From the NCBI GenBank assembly GCA_937894465.1, contig CALCRE010000293.1, positions 9,482-73,481 of the forward strand: DNA of 64,000 nucleotides, written 5' to 3'. The stretch comes from an uncultured Clostridia bacterium. GTDB taxonomy: Bacteria > Bacillota > Clostridia > JAAYHZ01. Under the pieces are notes generated by a model. It ran no database searches. It was given only the letters and a program-made list of their open reading frames with translations, and was not told the origin of the DNA. Every line of letters begins with the position of its first letter. The stretch's first letter is position 1. Below, one piece after another: positions 10,686 to 20,900 of this stretch. The translations under genes and the position numbers were made by a program.

Positions 10686-11255
10686 TTACAAAGACCCTTT
10701 TAATCCGATTTCCTCAGCTACTGTTTTCATACCTTCGATGGTTTCATTTATTACATCATCCAGTTGCATATTCAACATTGCAGCACCTTCTTCAATAATA
10801 TTGCGATCCACCCCTTGCGCAAAGCTTTTTTGTTTGAATTTCTTTTTTACCGAACTGACTGATAGATCTAAAATACTTTTACTCGGCCTCATCAAACAGG
10901 TGGCATTGATCAATCCCGTCAATTCATCAATAGTATATAAAACCTTCTCCATGTATTGCACCGGTTCAGTGTCCGAGCAGATCTTCCATCCATGACTCAC
11001 GACAGCATGGATATACTCTTCCGGCCAATTCTCTTGTCTTAAAATTTTTTCTGTCATTTGGCAATGTTGATCCGGATACAACTCATAATCCAAGTCATGA
11101 ATCAAACCGATCACTCCCCATTTTTGCTCATCTTCTTCTTTAAGTTTTGCAAAATGCTTCATAACAGATTCTACCGCTAAAGCATGATTGATTAATGCTT
11201 CATTTTTATTATATTTTTTTAACAATGCCATTCCTTGTTCTCTGCTTGGGTTCAT
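10686..11255 (-). CDS. HD-domain phosphohydrolase (HD/HDIG superfamily, about 190 aa)
   Basis: The H...HD...D pattern is present (NHALAVESVMKHFA ... GLIHDLDYE ... HAVVSHGW). It is probably co-transcribed with the large ORF downstream. Confidence 0.7.
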   Translation of the reverse strand: MNPSREQGMALLKKYNKNEALINHALAVESVMKHFAKLKEEDEQKWGVIGLIHDLDYELYPDQHCQMTEKILRQENWPEEYIHAVVSHGWKICSDTEPVQYMEKVLYTIDELTGLINATCLMRPSKSILDLSVSSVKKKFKQKSFAQGVDRNIIEEGAAMLNMQLDDVINETIEGMKTVAEEIGLKGSL

Positions 11256-11437
11256 TTTTATTTGATCAACCTCTTTTCCATTTTAAATGTTTTTATTTCT
11301 TTACAGCTATTTTAGCATAAAATCAACCTAATCCATCCATAAATTTTAAAAATTACATCTGTTAAAAACGACTTTTTTGAAGATACTATGAATGTGCGTA
11401 CAACGAATTCTTTTGATAGAAGAGAAGGAGGAAAACT

Positions 11438-11620
11438 GTGGCTAAAAGAAAAAGTGTTATGTCAGATGCTTTGAAAGCAGAATTTGCTCGAGAGCTGGGT
11501 GTATATGACACTGTAAAAAGAGAAGGTTGGGGAAGCGTCTCGTCCAAGAATTGCGGTAACTTAGTCAAAATGGCAATAGAGAAAGCAAATAGGGGACCGG
11601 GTGATAACCAACTAAAGTAA
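11438..11620 (+). CDS. alpha/beta-type small acid-soluble spore protein (SASP)
   Basis: It is 60 aa. The segment ALKAEFARELGV...SSKNCGNLVKMAIEKA matches both conserved SASP alpha/beta blocks (K.E.A.E.GV and GG/GN-[LM]-[VT]-K-[RK]-[LM]-[VI]). It has a strong RBS (GAAGGAGG) and a GTG start. Confidence 0.85.
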   Translation: MAKRKSVMSDALKAEFARELGVYDTVKREGWGSVSSKNCGNLVKMAIEKANRGPGDNQLK

Positions 11621-11640
11621 CAGATGGTATGCATTTCTTA

Positions 11641-11670
11641 AAAGACGGGCAATAGTCCGTCTTTTATCTT
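11641..11670. terminator. Rho-independent terminator shared by the convergent SASP and exporter genes
   Basis: Stem aaagacgg / ccgtcttt with an 8-nt loop and flanking T-runs. Confidence 0.65.
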
Positions 11671-12107
11671 TCTAATTTTCTGATAATCGTATTGAATAAA
11701 GTGTATATGCTAGCTGCAATGATCACAGCAGCTGCAATAGCCGTGGCAATCAATAATGTTTCAGTTCCTTTAAAAATAGCTTGATTATAGTCTCCTTGTA
11801 AAAGAGATATCATGGTGAAATACATTCCTGCGCCGGGAACCAAAGGAATGATTCCCGGTAAAAGCGTGATGGTAATAGGCATTTTTTTAACTCTAGCCAA
11901 CAATTGACTGGAGAAACTTGTAGCCAAAGCACCCATAAAGGTGGCACCGACAGCCGATCCATAAACAGAAAATACGAGGAAATAGACCACCCAAGCCAAC
12001 ATGCCGCAACAACCGGCATAAGGTATAGCTCGTTTGGGACATCGGAACAAAATACTAAAGCACATCGTCGCAATAAACGCATATATCGCATTCAATAACA
12101 AATTCAT
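11664..12107 (-). CDS. threonine/serine exporter family, small subunit (YjjB/DUF3815-like)
   Basis: It is a 147-aa polytopic membrane protein that overlaps the upstream DUF1212-like gene by 4 nt, the typical two-gene ThrE-type arrangement. Confidence 0.55.
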   Translation of the reverse strand: MNLLLNAIYAFIATMCFSILFRCPKRAIPYAGCCGMLAWVVYFLVFSVYGSAVGATFMGALATSFSSQLLARVKKMPITITLLPGIIPLVPGAGMYFTMISLLQGDYNQAIFKGTETLLIATAIAAAVIIAASIYTLFNTIIRKLER

Positions 12108-12871
12108 AGAAAACCACCTGAAATCACATCAAACAAAGTAAATATAATGGCAACACCGGATGATACTGCAACAATCGTAATGATGGCATCTACGGTTTTT
12201 ACAGTACCACTGATATAGTCTTGGTGAAATATATCGAGAATAGCATTGGTAATAGCTATACCGGGAACCAAAATCATAATGGAGCCAATAATAATTTCAT
12301 TGAAATCTCCGGTCTTTAATAATGATTCAAGACCAATGGCAACTCCGGATATGAGCATTCCTCCTACCAAGTCATTGATGAATCCGGTAACATTAATCTT
12401 TTGAAGCAAAATCAATATCAATCTTGTGACGGCGCCGGTGATAAAAGCTAATAAAGCACTTGTCAATTGTCCTTTAAACATCAAGCAAAAAAATGCTGAA
12501 GAAACACCGGAAAAGAAAACAAGCCATAAAAGAGGATAGCTGTGTATGGAATTGATTTCATCCAACAGTTTTTCAGCTGATCGAATATCAGACAAGCCCA
12601 CAGCCACATCCCTGGACAGTTGATTAATCCGTTCAATTTTTGTAAGGTTTATTTCCCTTTTCCTTACTCGTTGAATTAATGTGACAACCTCCTCTTGGTA
12701 GATGATGGTTGCTTCCATTACAGTGACCGTAACAGTGCATTCAATGCGTGTAGCACCGAAACTTCTGCATATTCGGGCAATGGTGTCTTCAACGCGATAA
12801 ACCTCTGCGCCACTTTCCAGCATAATTTTTCCCGCATACATTGCAAGATCCAAGATGTCTTTTGCTTTCAT
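12104..12871 (-). CDS. threonine/serine exporter family, large subunit (YjjP/DUF1212-like)
   Basis: It is 255 aa, with a cytoplasmic N-terminal domain and then multiple TM segments. It is translationally coupled to the 147-aa partner. Confidence 0.55.
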   Translation of the reverse strand: MKAKDILDLAMYAGKIMLESGAEVYRVEDTIARICRSFGATRIECTVTVTVMEATIIYQEEVVTLIQRVRKREINLTKIERINQLSRDVAVGLSDIRSAEKLLDEINSIHSYPLLWLVFFSGVSSAFFCLMFKGQLTSALLAFITGAVTRLILILLQKINVTGFINDLVGGMLISGVAIGLESLLKTGDFNEIIIGSIMILVPGIAITNAILDIFHQDYISGTVKTVDAIITIVAVSSGVAIIFTLFDVISGGFL

Positions 12872-12911
12872 ATATCACACCTTAACAATCCATCGTTATA
12901 GCCAATATCAA

Positions 12912-12939
12912 AGATCCCCGTTTTTCTAACGGGGATCTG
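12912..12939 (-). terminator. Rho-independent terminator downstream of rubrerythrin
   Basis: Perfect 11-bp stem agatccccgtt / aacggggatct with a 6-nt loop. Confidence 0.55.
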
Positions 12940-12964
12940 ATATTCCAAATAACCCAACCTTAAC

Positions 12965-13501
12965 TTAGTAATTTTTGCACAATACTTCAAAATGAGCTTG
13001 AGGATGATCACAAACCGGGCAAACGCTCGGAGCGGTATCCCCTTCATGGATATGTCCGCAGTTACGGCATTTCCAATAAACCTTACCATCTTTCTTAAAG
13101 ACAGTACCGTCTTGAATGTTTTTAAGCAAAGCATTATATCGTTCTTCATGTTCTTTTTCTATGGTTGCAACACCTTCAAACAACTTGGCAATGTCCTCAA
13201 ATCCTTCTTCGTAGGCTTCTTCGGCCATGCGCTTGTACATTTCCACCCATTCGTAGTTTTCGCCGGATGCGGCATCCATTAAATTCTCTATGGTATCACC
13301 AATGCCGTGAAACTTTTTAAACCAAATCTTGGCATGTTCTTTTTCATTTTCAGCTGTTTCTAAAAACAAGGCGGCAATCTGTTCGTATCCGGCTTTTTTA
13401 GCCGCCGAAGCATAATAGGTGTATTTATTGCGAGCTTGAGATTCTCCTGCAAATGCTTCCATTAAATTTCTTTCGGTTTTCGTACCTTTCAAATCCTTCA
13501 C
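12965..13501 (-). CDS. rbr: rubrerythrin
   Basis: The N-terminal ferritin-like diiron domain has an E...E..H pattern ([12 protein letters not shown]...[13 protein letters not shown]). The C-terminal rubredoxin-like domain has CRNCG...CPVCDHP. Confidence 0.9.
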   Translation of the reverse strand: MKDLKGTKTERNLMEAFAGESQARNKYTYYASAAKKAGYEQIAALFLETAENEKEHAKIWFKKFHGIGDTIENLMDAASGENYEWVEMYKRMAEEAYEEGFEDIAKLFEGVATIEKEHEERYNALLKNIQDGTVFKKDGKVYWKCRNCGHIHEGDTAPSVCPVCDHPQAHFEVLCKNY

Positions 13502-13679
13502 TGTGATTTATCCTCCTTTTTTTAATATAAAAATAATCCGTATATTAATTATATACAATTATCAAAATTTAGTAAACATATATTACATGCTTGTTTGTGT
13601 TCTTTACACCTATATAAATTTGTAAAAAGGATATACTGATTATACAAACATAAACTTTTATGACAGGACGGGCAAAACG

Positions 13680-15212
13680 ATGAACCAATCTTTTTCATAT
13701 TGGATGGAGACTTCAACACCTCCCGAATTTCCGGCTTATCAAGGGGATCAATCTTGCGATGTGGCAGTGATCGGAGGAGGTTTGACAGGGATCACAACGG
13801 CGACATTGCTTGCACAAAAAGGACTGCGTACTGTAGTTCTAGAAGCAAACAAAGTCGGGAGCGGAACAACTTCAAAAACCACTGCGAAGATTACCATACA
13901 ACACAGTTTAAAGTATCAACAATATATACGGGGTATTGGTACCGAAAACACCGCGATGTATGCAAAGGCGAATTTAATCGGTTTTGAACTTATTCAACAA
14001 TTAATTAAAGAAAACAATATCGATTGTGATTATACAACGGATACTGCATATGTTTATACACTGGAAGAAAAGCATCTCAATAAACTTGAGAACGAGAAAA
14101 AAGCATATGATAAACTTAAGCTGGAGTCTTACTTGGCGGATCAATGTAAATTGCCTTTCCCCATTTCCGGAGCTTTTGCGGTACCCAAACAAGCCTATTT
14201 TCATCCCTTGAAGTACCTATATGCTCTGACTGAAGTATTGAGGAAAAGCAAGGGAGAGATCTATGAGCATTCCCATGTAAAAACAGTGGATAAAGAATCC
14301 GGCGTAGTTCATGTCAACGGGGGAACACTCCATGCCAAACACATTATATTAGCCACCAATTATCCGTTTTTAGACATGCCGGGTTACTATTTCATTCGTA
14401 TTTTTCAGATGAGGTCTTATTTGACCCAAACTCAAACGCCTGACTACGCACTTCAAGGGATGTACATCAATGTAGGAAACCCTGTTCATACCATGAGATC
14501 TCACGGAGATGCCACCGGTAATCATTTGCTATTAGGAGGATACAATCATAAAACCGGACATCAAAAAAACGAAAAACCGATTTATGAAAAAATAGACCTG
14601 GTCAAGCAAAACTATTTCCCTTTTATAAAAAATCCGACAAACCGATATTGGTCCACACAAGACAGTGTGACATTGGATCATCTCCCTTACATCGGTCGCC
14701 TATCCGCCCAAACTCCTAATGTTTTTATCGCTACAGGATACGATAAATGGGGTATGACCAATTCGGCTGCAGCCGCTTTAATCCTCGCACACGAAATCAC
14801 TACGGAAAAACATCCGATTATGGAAACCAAAGGTCTGTTTTCACCGGCGAGGTTCACACCGGGTGCTGCTGCAAAAGAATTTTTGTTTCTAGGTGCGGAT
14901 GCCGTAAAAGAATATACCCTCACCGGTTTGACCATCCCCAAGGGAGATATTGACAAAATCAGAAAAGGTGAAGGTAAAGTGATTCGATCCGATGGTCAAA
15001 TAATTGCGGTTTATCGAGATGAAAACGGGGATTTATCTGCATTTGACGCTCATTGTACCCACAGAATGTGCCCTTTGACTTTCAATAAAACAGAAAAATC
15101 CTGGGATTGCCCTTGTCACGGATCTCGATTTGATGTCAATGGAGACGTAATCAGCGGTCCGGCAGTGGAACCTTTGAAAAAATACACAATTAAATCGCAA
15201 GATGATGTATAA
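13680..15212 (+). CDS. FAD-dependent oxidoreductase fused to a C-terminal Rieske [2Fe-2S] domain (B. subtilis YhfW-like)
   Basis: N-terminal dinucleotide-binding motif DVAVIGGGLTGITTA. C-terminal Rieske motifs CTHRMCPL ... CPCHGSRF. It is 510 aa. Confidence 0.75.
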   Translation: MNQSFSYWMETSTPPEFPAYQGDQSCDVAVIGGGLTGITTATLLAQKGLRTVVLEANKVGSGTTSKTTAKITIQHSLKYQQYIRGIGTENTAMYAKANLIGFELIQQLIKENNIDCDYTTDTAYVYTLEEKHLNKLENEKKAYDKLKLESYLADQCKLPFPISGAFAVPKQAYFHPLKYLYALTEVLRKSKGEIYEHSHVKTVDKESGVVHVNGGTLHAKHIILATNYPFLDMPGYYFIRIFQMRSYLTQTQTPDYALQGMYINVGNPVHTMRSHGDATGNHLLLGGYNHKTGHQKNEKPIYEKIDLVKQNYFPFIKNPTNRYWSTQDSVTLDHLPYIGRLSAQTPNVFIATGYDKWGMTNSAAAALILAHEITTEKHPIMETKGLFSPARFTPGAAAKEFLFLGADAVKEYTLTGLTIPKGDIDKIRKGEGKVIRSDGQIIAVYRDENGDLSAFDAHCTHRMCPLTFNKTEKSWDCPCHGSRFDVNGDVISGPAVEPLKKYTIKSQDDV

Positions 15213-15217
15213 AGCTA

Positions 15218-15257
15218 AACTGCTCTTTCCTTATTAAAGAAAGAGCAGTTTTTCTTA
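15218..15257. terminator. Bidirectional terminator between the convergent oxidoreductase and vanW genes
   Basis: 12-bp stem aactgctctttc / gaaagagcagtt followed by a TTTTTC tract. Confidence 0.75.
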
Positions 15258-15288
15258 CATATATCTCGAGCTAAATGAAATGCTGTAC

Positions 15289-16947
15289 TTACGACGCTGA
15301 TTGTGTTTCCCGTTCAATTCCTTTTTGAATGATCTTATCCAATTTACTGTACCAACTTGGGCTTAATGTTTCCACTTGGACATTGTCACCCTGTTTGAAA
15401 ATTCTTTTTGCAGTAACATAATAACCGGTCATACCATTTTGTTTTACAACAACTTGCCCGGGTTGAAGCGTGTTCACTTTTTCTTCAACCACATTGAAAG
15501 GATATTCTTTTTCCACCTTTGTCTCAACGGTAATGGTTCGTCCCGGATGTTCATTGGTTCCGCGGAATACTATTTCCACAGCTTTATCCTTGATAATCGC
15601 TTCAACTTTTATAGGGTAAGTTGTGTTGTTACGGAATTTAAAATCCACAGCACCCCATGCTACCGTGGCATCTGTTCCTAAATCCACATAACTTACTGTA
15701 AACTGATGATTCAACCGCTCCACGATTTCCATCCCGGCATATAAAGCCACATTGTATAACAAGGAAGAAACCTGGCAAATACCTCCGCCGTAGTCATCTT
15801 CAATCCGTCCGCTGATATAAACGTGAGCAGCTTTAAATCCTCTTGCAGCCGACCTTTCTCCTACCACATCATTAAAAGAAAAAACATCTCCGGGGGCTAA
15901 GACCTTTCCATTAATGTTTTGCGCAACCAAACGAATATTGTGTCCCCTGTTAATGGTGTTTTGATCATATTCGCTATATACCGTCAATCTGCGATCCAAC
16001 ACATCTTTATAGATCTTAGATTGGATATCTTGACTTTTTACATCCGGAATCACATTTTGAATACTTAAGGGGATGATGATGTTTTCTTTCATGCCCATTT
16101 CCTTAACCGATTGTTCCAGGATCGCTTTATCTACGGTCTTTCCCGGTTTTTCAGGAACAATAAGCACCTCATTGTTTTCCACTTTAAATGTTGCAGGTTC
16201 CTCTTTTACATAAACAGAGGAGAAAATTGTAGCGGCATCAATGTTTTTTCTTGGATATACGGATATTTCCGCTTTATACTCGGCACTTTCCAGCTTATCC
16301 AACGAATCATAAATTTGATCAGCCAATTTAGTGCGATTTAACTCTTTTCCATCGGTTCCTGCTTTTAAAATGATTTCAGTATCGGTAATATCATATGAAT
16401 TATCAATCCGTTCCACGAAAATGTCATCATAGATTTGAGTTATGATTTGCTCTACAGCCAGCTCATCGTAAGTGGCTCGGGTATAAAATTTCTTTTGATT
16501 CAAATAAGCCGATATGATTTCAAACACTCTGTCCTTTTTCGTACCCGTTCGGCCGATACTCCATACTTGATCTACCGTTTCGTCTATGTTCACCGAAATC
16601 CCCACATCAGTATATTTGATCACACGAATTTGGTCATTGTATTTCACTGTAATGGTTTTTTGTTCAAGAACTTCTTTTTCATTTTTGATCAACAGTTGTC
16701 TTAATTCATCCTTTGACATACCGCTGACATCTATCTCATTGACCGTGATTCCCTTATAAATGACTTCAAGTTCTAAAAGATTCCCGAATAGAACTACCGC
16801 ATAAGACGATGCACCGATCAGCAATACCGCTAGAAAAACCAGTATAATATTTATTGAGGAAACTCCCCTTTTATCAAAAATTAAATTAAACAAAAGCAAC
16901 ACTCCATTTTTACAAGTATCTATACTTATATTATTACAAGTAAGCAA
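15289..16947 (-). CDS. vanW: VanW-family protein (N-terminal TM anchor plus VanW domain)
   Basis: The VanW signature GGGICQVSSLLYNVALYAGMEIVER is present, with a single N-terminal TM segment. The exact start is uncertain: the listed start is TTG with no RBS, and an AAAGGGGAG RBS sits upstream of the TM segment. Confidence 0.75.
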   Translation of the reverse strand: MLTCNNISIDTCKNGVLLLFNLIFDKRGVSSINIILVFLAVLLIGASSYAVVLFGNLLELEVIYKGITVNEIDVSGMSKDELRQLLIKNEKEVLEQKTITVKYNDQIRVIKYTDVGISVNIDETVDQVWSIGRTGTKKDRVFEIISAYLNQKKFYTRATYDELAVEQIITQIYDDIFVERIDNSYDITDTEIILKAGTDGKELNRTKLADQIYDSLDKLESAEYKAEISVYPRKNIDAATIFSSVYVKEEPATFKVENNEVLIVPEKPGKTVDKAILEQSVKEMGMKENIIIPLSIQNVIPDVKSQDIQSKIYKDVLDRRLTVYSEYDQNTINRGHNIRLVAQNINGKVLAPGDVFSFNDVVGERSAARGFKAAHVYISGRIEDDYGGGICQVSSLLYNVALYAGMEIVERLNHQFTVSYVDLGTDATVAWGAVDFKFRNNTTYPIKVEAIIKDKAVEIVFRGTNEHPGRTITVETKVEKEYPFNVVEEKVNTLQPGQVVVKQNGMTGYYVTAKRIFKQGDNVQVETLSPSWYSKLDKIIQKGIERETQSAS

Positions 16948-17197
16948 CCGAAAAACAATAATTAATAATTATATTATTTGGCTTATTTAACCTTTATCAC
17001 AAAACAAAGGTCAGCCTTTTTTCCCCCCACTTTTTGAATCCGGCCCCTTCTTTGATTCCTTCGATTATATCACACAAATATCGAATAAACTATATCACTT
17101 TTAAATTTTTTCAAGAAAAACTGAGCAATTGGAATATTCCGGTACCCATTGCACATAATCATTCATATGATGTTATTGTTAAAGGAGGCAATTTGTC

Positions 17198-17551
17198 ATG
17201 CGTATAACACTATTTAAAAAGAAAACCATCCGTTCCATATCATTAAAACACTTTTTTAATGAGAAAAAGGTTCAACCGAACAATATTACAGTGGATGATG
17301 AATCAAAAAAGTTTTCCAACCAAGAGCTGTTGGATGCCATTAAAATTGCTAAAGATGATTTGGACTTGGCAATGGAACATTTTCATTATGCAATGACTCC
17401 GGAAATCATCGACGGTTGTATTTATAAAATAAAAGCTTGCATGGAGTACTATCAATATTTGTTAAAGTTAGCCAAGAAACAGGATCTGACTACATCATAC
17501 ATACCTTATCAACTAAAAAAAAGTAGTAAAAAAGAGGTGGCGGTTCTATGA
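17198..17551 (+). CDS. yaaL: YaaL-like protein (DUF2508 family)
   Basis: It is 117 aa. The segment ...MTPEIIDGCIYKIKACMEYYQYLLKLAKK resembles the DUF2508 core. It is immediately followed by, and overlaps, bofA, as in the B. subtilis yaaL-bofA arrangement. The RBS is AGGAGG. Confidence 0.5.
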   Translation: MRITLFKKKTIRSISLKHFFNEKKVQPNNITVDDESKKFSNQELLDAIKIAKDDLDLAMEHFHYAMTPEIIDGCIYKIKACMEYYQYLLKLAKKQDLTTSYIPYQLKKSSKKEVAVL

Positions 17552-17730
17552 AAACCCTTATAAAATTTATTGTCCATATCTTGTTTGGAGCGGCTTTTTT
17601 ATTTCTTCTAAATCGCATATGTGCAGGAACCGAATACACACTCCCCTTAAACCTTTATACGGTTGTATGTACCGGCCTTTTCGGAGTTCCCGGTGTCATT
17701 TTACTCATATCTATGAAATTCATCCTGTAA
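17548..17730 (+). CDS. bofA: pro-sigma-K processing inhibitor BofA
   Basis: It is a 60-aa two-TM protein. Its C-terminal LPLNLYTVVCTGLFGVPGVILLISMKFIL matches the BofA conserved region (PINL..T...G.LGIPG...L). Confidence 0.7.
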   Translation: MKTLIKFIVHILFGAAFLFLLNRICAGTEYTLPLNLYTVVCTGLFGVPGVILLISMKFIL

Positions 17731-17831
17731 TCCTTAAACACTTGTATACAAAATACAAATTTTTTTCTCCTGAGTATTTCAAAATGCATACTTTTATGAT
17801 AAGATGTATCTTGGTAATAACATGCACATAG

Positions 17832-17857
17832 ACTATGTCGTTATCTAAATAACGACA
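17832..17857. promoter_or_regulatory. Perfect palindrome TATGTCGTTAT-CTAA-ATAACGACATA, 49 nt upstream of the start codon of the pyruvate:ferredoxin oxidoreductase gene
   Basis: The 11-bp arms are exact reverse complements. The site lies between a candidate promoter and the RBS, and no T-run follows it, so it is not a terminator. Confidence 0.4.
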
Positions 17858-17905
17858 TATTTCATATTACATATGCAAAATTAATATTTAAAGGAGAAAG
17901 AGAAT

Positions 17906-20900
17906 ATGGGTAAAAAGATGCAGACGATGGATGGAAACACCGCTGCGGCGCACGTTGCGTATGCCTTTACCGAGGTAGCCGGTATATATCCGATCACACC
18001 TTCTTCGACAATGGCAGAGTATGTTGACGAATGGGCATCAAAAGGACGTAAGAACATTTTCGGACAACCCGTTAAAGTCGTTGAAATGCAATCAGAAGGC
18101 GGAGCTGCAGGTGTTGTTCACGGATCTTTGCAAGCAGGTGCTTTGACAACAACATTTACAGCATCTCAAGGGCTGTTGCTAATGATTCCTAACATGTATA
18201 AAATCGCAGGTGAATTACTTCCGGGGGTTTTCCACGTTAGTGCACGTGCATTAGCCTCTCATGCGCTTTCCATCTTCGGAGATCATTCCGACGTAATGGC
18301 ATGTCGCCAAACAGGTTTTGCACTTTTAGCATCCGGCGGAATACAAGAAGTCATGGACATTGCAGGTGTTGCACACTTAAGTGCCCTCAAAGGACGAGTA
18401 CCTTTCGTACATTTCTTTGACGGATTCAGATCTTCACATGAAATTCAAAAAATCGAAGTAATGGATTATGACGATTTAAAGGGTTTGGTGGATGTTAAAG
18501 CATTGAAAGAATTCCGTGAGAGAGCCTTAAATCCGAATCGTCCGGTTTTAAGGGGAACGGCTCAAAATCCGGACATCTTCTTCCAAGCAAGAGAGTCCTC
18601 GAATACATATTATGAGAACATTCCGGCTGTTGTAGAAGAGTACATGGAAAAAATAAACGAATTGACCGGTAGAAAATACGGATTGTTTAATTATTACGGT
18701 GCTCCGGATGCTGAGAGAGTTATCATTGCTATGGGTTCTGTCACTGAAACCATTGATGAAACCGTAGATTATTTAATCTCCAAGGGAGAAAAGGTCGGTG
18801 TTTTGAAAGTTCATTTATACAGACCGTTCTCTATTGAACACTTCTTAAAAGAAATGCCTGAAACAGTGAAAAAGATCGCTGTTCTAGACAGAACAAAGGA
18901 ACCCGGCTCACTCGGTGAACCTTTATACTTGGACGTATGCGCTGTTTACAAAAACAAATGTGATGCACCGCAAATCGTAGGCGGAAGATACGGTTTAGGT
19001 TCAAAAGATACAACTCCTGAACAAATCGTTTCAGTATTTGACAACTTGAAATCAGATGAACCTAAAAACGGATTTACCATCGGTATCATTGATGATGTCA
19101 CTCATACTTCATTACCTCTAGGAGAAGAAGTAGACACAACACCGGAAGGAACAGTCAGCTGTAAATTCTGGGGATTAGGCAGCGACGGTACAGTCGGTGC
19201 TAACAAAAACGCCATTAAGATCATCGGAGATAACACCGATAAATATGTACAAGCATACTTCTCATACGACTCCAAAAAATCCGGTGGTATCACCGTTTCT
19301 CACTTGAGATTCGGAGATAAACCCATCAAATCAACATATTTGATCAAGAAAGCCAATTTCCTGGCTTGCCATAATCCGTCTTATGTTCATAAGTACGACA
19401 TGGTGTCGGATATTAAAAAAGGTGGAACCTTCTTGTTGAATTGCGGATGGAACATGGAAGAGCTCGAATCCAATTTGCCGGCTAAAACGAAACGTTATTT
19501 GGCTAAAAACGATATTAAGTTCTATACCATAGACGGTGTTAAGATTGCTCGTGACATCGGATTAGGCGGAAGAACCAACATGGTTATGATGGCAGCTTTC
19601 TTTAACTTGGCAAACATTATTCCCATTGAAGAAGCAGTCAAACATATGGAAAACGCCATTGTGAAATCTTATGGCAAATTTGGTGACAAGGTTGTTGCCA
19701 TGAATAAAGAAGCTGTTCAAAAAGGTATTGAACTACTACATAAAGTTAATGTACCTGCTTCCTGGGCAGATGCAAAAGATGCTCCAAAAGCTGATGTGAA
19801 GGACAGATCGAAATTCTTGACCGACTTTGTTGATGTAATCAATGCGCAAGACGGTGATTCGTTACCGGTCAGTGCTTTTAAAGGTATGGAAGACGGAACA
19901 TTCCCACAAGCTTTATCCAAGTTTGAAAAGAGAGGAATCGCACCTGTGGTTCCGGAATGGATCCCGGAAAACTGCATACAGTGTAACCAATGTTCTTATG
20001 TATGTCCTCATGCCGTCATTCGTCCTTTCCTTTTGAATAAAGAAGAGGAAGCAAGTAAGCCCGCTGATTTCAATACTTTGAAAGCAAATGGGAAAGGCTT
20101 TGAAGATTATACATTCAGAATTCAGGTTTCCTTGATGGACTGCGTAGGATGCGGAAGCTGTGCTGATGTTTGTCCCGCAAAGAATAAAGCTTTGGTTATG
20201 AAAGAATTCGATACACAACATGTCCAAGAAAAGAATTGGGAATATGCAATGTCATTGAGCAAGAAACCCAATCCGATGAAAAAGAATACAGTCAAGGGAT
20301 CGCAGTTTGAGACTCCGTACTTGGAATTCTCCGGTGCATGCCCGGGTTGTGGTGAAACACCGTACTTGAAGCTGGTTACTCAATTCTTCGGAGATCGTAT
20401 GATGATTGCCAATGCCACCGGATGTTCATCCATCTGGGGCGGAAGCGCACCTTCCACACCTTATGCCGTTAATGATGAAGGCAAAGGTCCTGCTTGGGCA
20501 AACTCATTGTTCGAGGACAATGCTGAATACGGTTTGGGTATGTATCATGGCGTTAAGCAGATACAAGAAAAAATCCAAGAACTGAATACAGAATTGATGT
20601 CAAAAGACGTTAGCGACGATATTAAAGCCGCATGCCAAAAATGGATTGATACCCGTACGGACGGCGAAGCATCCATTGGCGCATCTGCTGACCTTGTGAG
20701 CGCACTTGAATCCATTAATTCCGATGATGCCGCTGTTAAGGCAATCGTTGCTGAGTTGTTGGAGAAAAAGGACTATATGGTCAAGCGTTCCCAATGGATC
20801 ATCGGTGGAGACGGATGGGCATATGATATCGGTTTCGGCGGGTTAGACCACGTTCTTGCATCCGGAGAGGATATTAATGTTTTGGTATTTGACACCGAAG

